DNA of 64,000 bases. Origin: Amphiscolops sp. MND2022. Its lineage: Eukaryota. Position numbers and translations under genes: made by a program. The stretch lies in the NCBI GenBank assembly GCA_964187785.1, contig OZ076413.1, positions 46,750,001-46,814,000 on the forward strand, in the 5' to 3' direction. The notes beneath the pieces are model-generated. The model had not been told where the DNA came from. It was given only the letters and a program-made list of their open reading frames with translations, and searched no databases. Below are positions 38,725 to 50,310 of this stretch, one piece after another; the first letter of the stretch is position 1, and each line of letters starts with the position of its first letter.

Positions 38725-39880
38725 CGTTTTTCTGAGAACAACGCGTAGGTTCGAAAAGAAGCGCTTTTATTTGTCTCAGCACGCTATATCCGAACTTCTA
38801 CAGCGTTTGCTGAGCATAGTAGGCACCAGCGTCTGGCAATTAAAAATTGATTTTCCAAATAATTGCAATGTTTGATACACAATTATTTAATTATTATTTT
38901 CATTTATCAATCGGTGATTGCGTGCTTTCCATGATCGCAAAATATTTTCTTCAGTATATTTCGGGTCAGCATGTCGATAAACAAAGCTGAGATCTTTGAA
39001 ACTTCCTTTAAACTACTCGAAAATGAACTTGATACTTGACTTTGTAAATGTGGCTGAAATATGAGGCGGCGAGAAGAATCACGTTGGAGGAACTTGTATG
39101 CTCATATAAAAGGGTATGGAACCAGTTTGTAGAAAACCAGTTTGTAGAATCCAGTTTGTAAATCATCAATTCAAGAAGAAAAACAAAAAGACCAAAAATG
39201 TGGGATTGATGCAAAGTATAAAACGTGCCTTGGATATGTCCCCATTTCCTCTAGTGCCCCGCGGCTTCTTGGGGCCGTTTACGTTCCTATCTTGCTAAGC
39301 GATCTCGAACAGAAGCAAAGACCTAGGGAGAACAGAGATCGCGAAGCGATCGTCAAGGGAGCTGGTCTTCGCAACAGTAAGGGCGAGCGTGCATACACCT
39401 GATATGCCCCACATTTCAGTTTTTAGATCTTATTCCTTAAGTTCTTAGGTGGTGGAGCTCTCAGGATCTTGTGTGAAGGGTGTCCAGTTTTTAGAATTTA
39501 ATGATCCAGTTTGTACAAAAAAACTCCAAACTTGACCTAATACTCTAAAAGTGGTACATCAACAGAAAAATGAAATACTTGTTGATAATCTACTTGATCA
39601 GCCAACATTCAGTCGCCCAATTTTTGGCTTCGTGAGCAAAAAAGCTCAAATTTTGTTTGGTTGGTTGGACTGAGTGTGTGTGGAACTCAAGCCATTCGAA
39701 ATCGTCGAAAGTGATCTTACAAGAAGACGAAACTGCGGAAAAAATTCCAAAACTCAATCCAGGGAATAAGTATTTCGGTAAAAACGCCCGTATTGTGACG
39801 AATAAGCATTTCGAAACAGGAATTGTAACATTTCTTGATGGGGAAGGAAACGAGCTCAGCTTGACCGAAACTTTACAATG

Positions 39881-42800
39881 TATCAAGGTTTGCCATCCGC
39901 CTCGCAAGGCGGGAATGATCAAATGATGAGCCACGACCCCTAAGGTTCAAGTACCTGCCAGATGACATCGCACACACAATTTTTGATGCCGCACATTGAT
40001 GTACCTGTTTGTGCGATACCACAGACAACTTTTTGATACCGCACAATTTTTGTTGACTGACAGGTACCTGTCGCGATGCTATATATACCCGATGCTGAAC
40101 AATTTTCACCATCAATTGCAAATGTAAACACATAAACCAAGTCCGATCATAACTAATCAACCTCAATTCAGTTCTTCATTCCTACCCAACCTGTTTTGAA
40201 AGGTTTTGGGCCCAGCAGCTTCCCAGACGACGTCATCTACTTAGCTGATCACAGCCTCACCAGCGCAGATCATGATGATGGCACCACGACACTCTCGACA
40301 AGAGAAGCTGCTGTTTAGTGCACAATGTTTGTTGACTGACAGGTACCTGTCACGGTGCTATATATACCCGATGCTGAACCATTTCAGCCATCAATTGCAA
40401 TTGTAAATACATAAACCAAGTCCGATCATAACTAATCAATCTCAATTCAGTTCTTCATTCCTACCCAACCTGTTTTGAAAGGTTTTGGGCCCAGTAGCTT
40501 CCCAGACGACGCCATCTACTTAGCTGATCACAGCCTCACCAGCGCAGATCACGATGACGGAACCACGACACTCTCGACAAGAGAAACTGCTGTTTAGTGG
40601 ACGAGAGGATGACTTCATCACTTTTCTGGAGCAGTTCGAAGCAAGAGTCTATGCCCTGGGACTTTCTGACTGCCTTCTGGACAGAATCAAAACAACACCT
40701 CAAAAAGATGTGGAGACGAATGACAAACGTGTTAAGCGAGAGGGGGAAGAAGCAGATCGAGCCAAACTACAGTACATGGTGTAGTGCGAGCTGGTTCAGT
40801 GCCTTGACAAGGCAAGCATCAACTTCATCAGAGAGCACAAGCCAAATGGGACTGCAGCCTGGACAGCTTTGACGAAGCTCCACAAATCAACTGAACGGCC
40901 TCGTGTTCAATCACTGATGACACAGCTCACTGGTCTCAAGATGACATCAGGGGAGAAGGTGACTGACTACCTCGCCAAAGCAGAAGGGCTCAAACTGGAT
41001 CTGGCTGAAGCGGGGGAAGTGGTCTCAGATGCTCTCTTCACAGCGATGATTCTCAAGGGTCTTCCAAGTGACTTCGACAGTGTGGTGGCAGTCCTCAACT
41101 TCGGCACAGCAAAGGAGTACTACGAGATGAAGCAGGACTTGGTCAACTTCGCAGCAACCAGGGGTCTCTGTGTTTCCAGCGAGACATCGATGACAGCATT
41201 TCACTTGCCGGGAGGAAGCCTCCAAAGTGCTTCAAGTATGGAAAGACGGGGCACCGAGCTAAGGACTGCCACAGTCGGGAGGCGAGGACTTGCTTCAACT
41301 GTGGTCAGAAGGGGCATCTGGCTTCATCCTGCAGGAAGGGACAGCAAAAGAGCTCAAGTGGAGGATGTGGCTCGGGTCAATACAGCAACCATTCATCAGC
41401 GGACTTCTTCAGCTTCGGGGCTTTCAGGGCTGGTTGCTACGACAAGGGGAGCATTGACTCTGGGTGCAACGGCTTCATGATCAAGAACAAAGAGCTCTTC
41501 TCTGATCTGGACGAGGGTTTTCTGGCAGACGTATGCAACGCTAACAGCAGTCGTTCGGAGATCAGAGGACGTGGGACAGTTCGATGCTTTGTGAAGGACA
41601 ATACGGGCCGTTCTTGTCTACTGGAAACTAAAGGATGCCTTCTGGGTACCATCCAACGCGAGGAATCTGGTGTCGGTCAAGCAATTGACGGACAAGGCGG
41701 CAATGATCCAGTTCAATGACGACCCAACCATCAAGATGCCCAATGGAACTGCTGTGCCAATGATGACGAACGACGAACGTTTCAGTGTGATGGCTCAACC
41801 TGTGGAGACGGGGTCACTGGCAATGATGTCTCACTCTATCAAGCACTGGCATCGAGTGATGAGGCACAACAACTGGCACGATGTGGCAAAGTTGCAGCAA
41901 GATGTCGTGGGTATGAACATCTCTGGCTCCGAGAAGAAGACGAACTGCACCATCTGCTGTACCGAGAAGGCAAAGCGGGCATCCATTCCGAAGACGTGGG
42001 GCACTCGAGCAAAAACGAAACTGGCTATCGTTCACACAGACGTGCTCGGACCCATTCAACAGGAGTCCCACGAGGGTTTTCGCTATGCAGTGGGCTTCAT
42101 CGACAGTTACAGCCGTTTCGGGGCAGTATACCCAATGAAGTCAAAAGATGAGGTCACCGCAAAGTTACAACGATTCATCATCGATGTTGGCCGGCCTGGC
42201 ACCTTGGTTTCAGACGGGGCTCTCGAGTTCAAGTCAAAGCAGTTCAGTGACTTGTGCACATCCAATGGCATCAAACAGGAGTTCTCTGCTCCCTACACAC
42301 CCGACGAAAACGGCAAACATGAGCGAGCATGGGGCACTGTGACTGGCATGACGCGATGCATGATGGCAACTACAGGGGTCCCAAAACAGTTTTGGCCTTT
42401 TGCTCTTTCAACTGCCATCTACCTGAAGAATCGATCAGTCCACTCGGCGCATGGCACGACCCCTTTTGAGATGTTTCACGGAAGGAAGCCTGACCTTTCA
42501 CATCTTCACGTGTTTGGGTGCCAGTCGTTTGTGCTCAACGAAGTCAGGAAGAAGCTGGACAGCAAGGCACGGGAAGCTATTCTACTGGGATAATCGGGAA
42601 AGTTTAAGGCATATGTGGTAGCCTCAACAGACGGGTCAGCGACTAGGGCACCGAAGGTCTGGGTATCACGAAACGTCAACTTCAACGACGATGCATTTCC
42701 TTACCGGCGTGGTTCTGCAGTCACCCAAGTGGAGAGCGATGACGATGATGCATCTCAATCAGATGTTGATGATATGAAATCGGGGTCAGATGAACAATGC

Positions 42801-44849
42801 GAGACCACATCTACGGAAACCCATGCAATCCAGGGCGAATCAGAAGATAACATCAATCCAGGTGAAGGGACACCCAATGTTACAGAGAGTACAACAGCAG
42901 TGCAGCAGACGACAACCAGATGTTCAGGATGAACTCGAAGGGCGTCGCAACACTTCGGCGACTATGTGACAGGGAGAGAATTGGAGAACCTGACACTTCA
43001 CTGTGATGCTTTTATTTCAAGCGGCCTTCCAAGCAATACAGCAGACGCCCTGGCGGATCCCAACTGGAAAGCAGCGATGGACAGAGAGTTCAAAACACTG
43101 GAAGAAAATGGTGTCTGGGAGCTAGTCAGGCCACCATCAGGACAAGGCATCATCAGCGGAAAGTGGCATTTTGCTCATAAACTAGATGACGAAGGAAACG
43201 TGCTAAATTACAAGGCGCGATTCGTAGCACAGGGATTCACTCAGACGCCAGGCCTTGATTTTCACGACACCTACTCACCAACGGCTAAGCTGTCTACACT
43301 CAGAACTGTCCTGGCGTGTAGGGTGAACCTGGGTATGCTTTTCAATCAGATGGACATAAAGACAGCATACATGAACGCACCACTTCAAGAAGACATCTAC
43401 ATGGAGCAGCCAGAGGGGTACGAAAAGGGCAAACAGATGGTGTGCAAGCTTAAGCGGTCACTTTATGGACTACGGCAATCGGGGCGAAAATGGTTTGAGT
43501 GTCTCTCTTTCCATCTGTTTGAGCTCAACTTCAAGGCATCACTTCACAACCCTTGCTTGCTGACTCTGACGAGGAATGGTCACAAATGCTGGATAGTGAT
43601 CTGACCGTCAATTTACCACGTGATTCAATGAAAAGATGAGCGAGCGGTTCAACATTGGCGAAAGCGGTCCTCTGACGTGGTTTTTGCGAATTTCCTTCAA
43701 ATGGGGTGACGGTTCGCTGACAATGACGCATCAGGGGTATGTGAGCAACCAACTAGGCAAACACGGTATGGGTGAGTGCAAGGCAGCTTCAACAACACTC
43801 GCAGGCAAGCTGGATCTGACGAAGGATCAGATGCCAGAAGACGGATCAGATGAGCAACAGCAAATGTTGAGACATGACTACAGAGGCCTGGTGGGAAGCA
43901 TTGCTTACCTCTCACTGTCCACTCGACCTGACCTGGCTTTCCCGGCCCACCTACTTTCTCGACTTCTTAGCAACCCTGGGTTTGCTCACTGGCAAGCAGC
44001 GAAGCACGTGTTACGCTACCTCAGAGGCACAGCTGACGTGGGCATCACTCTCATATAGTGCGAAAATACAGGCCTAAATGGATACACGGATTCAGACTAT
44101 GCCAGCTGCAAGGACGATAGACGAAGCATCACTGGTTTCTGCTTCAACGTGGGTAGTGGGGCAATATCGTGGGCTGCTAGACAAACGTGTGTAGCGACTT
44201 CAACCACTGAGGCAGAACTTAATGCCTTGAGCGAAGCCGTAAAGGAAGCGGTGCATTTGCGGGGGATTCTGGACACTCTTGGAGAATCCATAGCGACAAC
44301 TTTAGTCACGGACAGTCAATCGTGCCTAGCATTAGCAACCAGAGATGACAGCAGCGCAAAGACGAAACACTTTGCTACTGGGATGGCCTATGTGCGGGAG
44401 ACAGTAGAGAATCAGTCGATTGATCTGAAGTTCATTGCAAGTGGTGACAATTGCGCTGACTATTTCACGAAGGCACTGGGTAAGACAAAGACGCAATAAT
44501 ACCTTGCTCGGCTGTCGGCAAAGCGGGGGTATCAAGGTTTGCCATCCGCCTCGCAAGGCGGGAACGGTCAAATGATGAGCCACGACCCCTAAGGTTCAAG
44601 TACCTGCCAGATGACATCGCACACACAACTTTTGATGCCGCACATTGATGTACCTGTTTGTGCGATACCACAGACACCTCTTGATACCGCACAATTTTTG
44701 TTGACTGACAGGTACCTGTCGCGGTGCTATATATACCCGATGCTAAACCATTTCTACCATCAATTGCAATTGGAAATACATAAACCAAGTCCGATCATAA
44801 CTAATCAATCTCAATTCAGTTCTTCATTCCTACCCAACCTGTTTTGAAA
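39881..44849 (+). mobile_element. Ty1/Copia LTR retrotransposon, decayed
   Basis: LTRs 39881-40201 and 44530-44849. TSD CAATG at 39876-39880 and 44850-44854. PBS GGTTTTGGGCCCAG; PPT AAAGCGGGGG. Order is gag (CFNCGQKGHLASSC), PR (IDSGC), IN (HTDVLGP, SDGALEF), RT (YKARFVAQGF, LYGLRQSG), RH (DSDYA, STTEAE, ADYFTKAL). Confidence 0.95.
40554..44499 (+). pseudogene. Copia gag-pol polyprotein, disrupted
   Basis: Several stops and frameshifts. The RT xVDD motif is missing near 43600 (WIVI*). Confidence 0.9.
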
Positions 44850-46046
44850 CAATGTAAAAGATTGAACAAGACGGGAACGTCTAAAGTCGGCGCTATATCT
44901 CAGGCTCAAAAAGCGCTAAAAACTTTTTTTAAAAAAAACTTGAAATTTCTGATTTTTTTCTTTCAAAAAACGTCGCATAGTGCCGAAAAGTGTAAAAGGG
45001 GCGACCCTTTGTGCTTTATTACCATATATTCTGTTGCAAAATATCAAAAAAAACTCGAAAGGGGGACTTTTCGAGACATTAAAAAATTTTCGAAAAAAGT
45101 CGCACTGTGTCGAAAAGAATTGAAAGAGCGGACCTTTTGGTTTCTTTTGGTTTTGTAGGTTACGTAAAAAATGTTAAAATGAAAGGGTGGGACCCTTTGC
45201 ACTAAGGGTAACGGCAAGCTCTGGTACAGCAACATCAACCGACATGTTTAGAAAATTTTGTCAAAAATTCGTTCAAATTTGACGTGGCACTCAAACATGC
45301 TCAAGACGAAGTACCTGCCAGAAAAAGCATCCCAGAAAAGCAGAAATCGCCGCTCGCGACGAACAAGCACCGGAGACGACTAAAAAGACGTCCCCAACGC
45401 ATACAGAACACGGTATTGTGTCAATCTCTAGGAGATATCCATTACTATAGTAAAGGAAACCAGTGTTCCAGATGTTCGCCTGAGTATCCCTGCGGTATCC
45501 TGTGTGGCAACTAGCGCTAGCGCTGGGAACCTGAGGTCAATTCTCATCAAATGACTCTGAACTCTTGATTTCTTGTTGTATTTTTCGATGTGGTAGATTA
45601 ATATGCTCGAGAGCTGTTGTTTAACAACTGTTTATTCAATTTGGCGATTTTATCAGATTCTTCAATATTACGGTTCAACCTTCATCGATTTTCAGCCCAA
45701 TTTTTAAAGGCTAGTTGAGCAGTGGTCTTGAGTCTTGCAAGATGCCTGTTACTTTCAGCAGTTACAGACTAGGACCAGGCCAGAGAGCGTCCTACAAGAC
45801 GGTTCCCCCACCTCGGGACTGGCTCCTTCGGAGGGAAAATGAGCTAGGGCCGCGGAGATCTAGGTCCCAGATTATATTCGCTGTTCTAGTTCCTCCACTC
45901 TACGTTGCGGTTCAAGCGCCAGCGCTTATCGTTACAAAGTTTGCATTGGCCGGACTTGGCCTGAGTAGTTTTATCAGTTTCTGTAAAAAGTGGTACATAC
46001 GCGAGGTCTGTGGTCTGACGAAAAAAAACTAGCCACTGTAAGGGAA

Positions 46047-46682
46047 AACAAGACGGGAACGTCTAAAGTCGGCGCTATATCTAAGGCTCAAAAAGCTCAG
46101 AGTTTTCTAAATATGCCCAGGATGTATTCATGAAAAGCTTTGAAAACACTTTCGAGACACCCAAAGTGTGCCTTTCATGCTCGATATGACTGGAAAATCA
46201 CTTCCCGACTGGAAACAAAAAAATTGAAATTTTTTTGAAAATTTTTTTTTGATTTTTTTGAAAAAAACTTCGAAAACGTCGCATAGTGCCGAAAAATGAA
46301 AAGGGGGGACCCTTTGGGATTCATTAACATACTTTCTGTTGCAAAATATCAAAAAATCCGAAGGGGGGACTCTTTTGAAAAATTAAAAATTTTCGAAAAA
46401 AAAATTCGCACAGTGCCGAAAAAAAATTGAAAGGGGGACCCTTTGGAGTCTTCCGGTTTTGTAGGTTACGTAAAAAAGGTAAAAAACGAAAGGGGGGACC
46501 CTTTGCAGTAAGTTTGCATTGGTCGAACTTGGCCAGAGTGAACCTATCAGTTTCTGTAAAAAGTGGTACATACGCGATGAGCTTTGTGGTCTGACGAAAA
46601 AAAAAAAACTAGCCACTGTAATAGTCGGGCTTTTTTCCTTAAAGGAAAATGCGCCGACTAATAGGAAAGCGCCGACTAAAAA
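46047..46682 (+). mobile_element. Non-autonomous interspersed repeat, Helentron/HINE-like
   Basis: Starts ACAAGACGGGAACGTCTAAAGTCGGCGC and ends in the hairpin AGTCGGGC-TTTTTTCC..GGAAAA-TGCGCCGACT plus an A-run. Related copies or fragments at about 9408-10170, 28127, 44866-45205, 47327-47356 (-), 51365-51400 (-) and 54585-54676. Confidence 0.6.
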
Positions 46683-47422
46683 ACATGAAGATGACGAAGA
46701 AAACCAAAATCCGGTAATAGAGAGTTATTCCGCTGAAGCAATTCTACAAAAGAGGCAGAAAAAGAGATGAATTGAAATACCTTAACTGTCGCTTATGGTT
46801 TCCGACATCCATTATTTTGGAGATGTTTTTCAGTGCTGCAAGCTATGCTCTGAATGATTTGAGACAGAATATATCCCCCGGAACATTTGGAACAACAGCT
46901 GTTCCTTCGTGCGAAGTAAAATTACTGGACCGTTAAAACGGTCAATTCTGTTTTTTTTTCTGATTGATATCGTTTTGTAATTGTTTTGTTTTCGATTGAT
47001 ATTTGTTTTCATTTTTTACTGTTTCATGTGACGCAATCATTGGTATCAATCATTGATTGGCAAGTATTTTCATCAATTATTAATTGAAACATTTTTTGTC
47101 AATTATTTTCCAATTTTTAATTGCCAGGCCCTGAAAGGCACCCTTTGGGCGTTTGGAGACTTTTGTTCATTTTTTAAAAAAGCCTGAGCTTATTTTAAAA
47201 TCATTGCGCTTATTGAGCCTTAGTAGTAGTAAAAGACTTTATTATCTATGGTTACATTATCAGGTCGATTGAAGGTATTAATTTAATCAGAATTGAGACA
47301 TCAGTTGGACATAATAAATCTTAATTAGGGCGCCGACTTGAGACGTTCCTGTCTTGAATCCTGAAATTTGTGAAAGTTCTATTGAGATATTAATTCTCGA
47401 TGAAATTCGTCTTCAGATTGAG

Positions 47423-49474
47423 ATGGAAAGCAATAAATTCTTCAAAGAAAACCGCGGGACTATTGAGAATTCAGGAAGCTTCGAGTCGAACACTTCAAAT
47501 TTCGTTTTCAACCCCAATCATAAGCTTCCAATCTATGCTCAGAGGTCAAAATTGCCAATATATGCTCTGAGAAGTCACATCCTTTATTTACTGGAGAAAT
47601 ACCAAGTTCTTGTTATAGTTGGAGAGACTGGGTGCGGGAAATCAAGTCAAGTACCTCAGTATTTACTAGAAACTGGGTATAGTATTAATGGAAAACTAAT
47701 TGGTATAACACAACCTCGCAGAATTGCCGCAGTAAGTTTGGCTGCCCGAGTTGCAGAAGAAAGGAATTGCTCACTGGGATGCGAAGTCGGGTACACTATT
47801 CGATTCGATAACTGCACAAACTCAGACACAAAAATCAAGTTTTTGACTGATGGTATGCTAGTCAGAGAAATGCTCGGAGATCCTTTGTTGTCGAAATATT
47901 CTGTAATAATGTTGGATGAAGCTCATGAACGATCCGTGAACACGGACATTGCCGCTGGACTTCTCAAGAAAATCTTGAAGAAACGCAAGGATTTGCGCAT
48001 TGTCGTTTCCAGTGCGACTATTGATGCTCACAAAATCAAAGATTACTTCAACGTCAAAGCCCGAGGATCTGAAGGTGAAAATGCAGCAATTTTGTCAGTT
48101 GAAGGTAGAAATTATCCAGTCGACGTTTTTTACTCGAAGCACCCTGTCGCTGATTACGTTGTTTCAGCTGTGGAAACAGTTCTTGTTATTCACAAAAGTA
48201 ATGCACCAGGTGATATTCTCGTTTTTCTGACGGGACAAGACGAAGTTGAAGAAGCGTGTAAGATGCTGAAAGACAAAATGAAACATGTTTCTCAAAAGTT
48301 GAAATACAGCATCCTACCTACTCCAATGTACTCAAATCTACCAGCCAGGGATCAGCTCAAAGTCTTCCAAAGAGCCTCATCAGGTACCCGAAAAGTTATT
48401 TTTTCGACCAACATTGCTGAAACATCCATCACAATTGACAACATAATCCATATAGTAGACTGTGGTTTCATGAAGACAACTGTATATGACCCGACCTTCA
48501 ATTCTGAAACTTTAGCTGTAGTCCCAACATCTCAAGCATCTGCGAAGCAACGAGCTGGACGGGCAGGTCGGTTGACATCTGGCAAATGTTACCGTTTGTA
48601 CTCAGAATCAGAATATGCGAAGCTTCTGCCACAGTCAGTTCCTGAAATGCAAAGAAGTTCAATGGCATTCCCTGTTCTGCAATTGAAAGCGTTGGGTGTG
48701 AACAACGTTGCAAAGTTCGATTATCTTTCCCCACCCCCTGCAACAAACATGGCTAGAGCCCTGGAACTTCTGTATTCGCTGGGCGCCATAGATGCTCGTG
48801 TTGAACTGATTAACCCCGTTGGGCACCAAATGGCAGAACTTCCTCTAAATCCTATGTTCTCTAAATGTCTCTTGGTTTCTCAGGACTTCGACTGTTCCGA
48901 GGAAATCGTGACACTTTGCGCCATGATGCAAGTGAAGAATGTTTTGTATTCGCCCTCGAGTGGCAAGGAAAAGCAAAAGGCAGCCTCAATCCATCGTGAG
49001 TTTTATGCTCAGGAAGGCGACCATATGACACTATTGAACGTTTTTACAGCATTCACTACCAACAATAGAAGTAAATCTTGGTGCGATAAGCACTACGCCA
49101 GTTTTTCATCCCTCAATCGTGCTTTTAATATTAGAGAACAGTTATTGAAGTATTTGAGAAGATTCAACGTTGAGCTTTCTTCTGCTCGTGGTTTTGATGA
49201 CGTGAAAATTCTGAAATGTCTATGTGCTGGCTTCTTTGCAAATGCGGCTATGTACACCGCCAAAGGTTGTTTCAAGAGTCTCAGGAAGCCTCTTGCAAGT
49301 CCTGATTTGCACATTCATCCTGACTCCGTTTTATACACTGTTCCCATGAAAAGCGGGACTTGTGTAATTTTCACGGAAACAGCCCATTCTAGCAAAATGT
49401 TTCTCCGAGAGTGTTCTGTCGTAAAGTCGGAGTGGCTACTCGAAGTTGCACCTCATTACTATACATCAACGTAA
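47423..49474 (+). CDS. DHX35: DEAH-box RNA helicase DHX35 (683 aa, single coding exon)
   Basis: GETGCGKS, TQPRRIAA, DEAH, SAT, QRAGRAGR. The N-terminal QRSKLPIYALRSHILYLLEKYQ and FLTDGMLVREM match DHX35 as recalled. First ATG is at 47423 (the ORF track starts at an upstream TTG). Confidence 0.88.
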   Translation: MESNKFFKENRGTIENSGSFESNTSNFVFNPNHKLPIYAQRSKLPIYALRSHILYLLEKYQVLVIVGETGCGKSSQVPQYLLETGYSINGKLIGITQPRRIAAVSLAARVAEERNCSLGCEVGYTIRFDNCTNSDTKIKFLTDGMLVREMLGDPLLSKYSVIMLDEAHERSVNTDIAAGLLKKILKKRKDLRIVVSSATIDAHKIKDYFNVKARGSEGENAAILSVEGRNYPVDVFYSKHPVADYVVSAVETVLVIHKSNAPGDILVFLTGQDEVEEACKMLKDKMKHVSQKLKYSILPTPMYSNLPARDQLKVFQRASSGTRKVIFSTNIAETSITIDNIIHIVDCGFMKTTVYDPTFNSETLAVVPTSQASAKQRAGRAGRLTSGKCYRLYSESEYAKLLPQSVPEMQRSSMAFPVLQLKALGVNNVAKFDYLSPPPATNMARALELLYSLGAIDARVELINPVGHQMAELPLNPMFSKCLLVSQDFDCSEEIVTLCAMMQVKNVLYSPSSGKEKQKAASIHREFYAQEGDHMTLLNVFTAFTTNNRSKSWCDKHYASFSSLNRAFNIREQLLKYLRRFNVELSSARGFDDVKILKCLCAGFFANAAMYTAKGCFKSLRKPLASPDLHIHPDSVLYTVPMKSGTCVIFTETAHSSKMFLRECSVVKSEWLLEVAPHYYTST

Positions 49475-50310
49475 AGGAGTTGTTACCATGAGGGACAAAT
49501 TTTCTGACAAACTTGGCGTACAGTATGAAAATTGATGTGTACTGTGCTAGTTGTTTTCTCGCTTGCCCTTTGGGAACAGAAACGTGCCTCACTCGAGTCT
49601 GAAAATTTACCTTCCTTTGTTGGGTTGGTTTCTGTGACGGGATCAAACGGCAACGATTGAGTTGATTTCGTTTCACTTGACGCCTCGAGGAATAATGGAG
49701 ATGTTCTTGCTCAACTTTCCTACTTTCAAAGATTGACTGCGAAAAGCAATTTAGTCAAAATTGGTGATGATGCTTTATTGTAGATATTCTATTGCAACCG
49801 CGGAATCTTGTTAAAATATCACTTTGATATCGGTGTATTAAGCATAACCCAGTGATATAAAATAGATACAGTTCATAAATAGAAGTCTTGATATTGCTGG
49901 TTAGCATATATGTAGCAAAGATGAGACTGTGTCTATTTCTTGATGAATTGTGTTCTTAATGTATTGTTTTTGAATTGAATATAGTTTTGATTGTTAGAAA
50001 AGATGCCATCGGTATCAATATTCAATATCTTCAGAGAAGTTAACTTCAACTTATTTTCCGTTTGTTTTTATTCGAGAAAAATGATTTTCCAAATTATTCA
50101 TTTCACTGAATATAGGCCTCGAGTATAGAGTTTCTTGAGATGTCAGGTACTAAATTTGTTCGTTCTAACTGGCAATCCATCAGCTGGAAACAGTTTCCAA
50201 CCTTGCCTTCTTGCAGGCATGTAGGACATTCGTGAAATATAGTTGCACGCGGTCCTTATTGTTGATTATTTGAGATGGGATCTTTCAGGCTTGTATGTGG
50301 CTAGAGGGGA

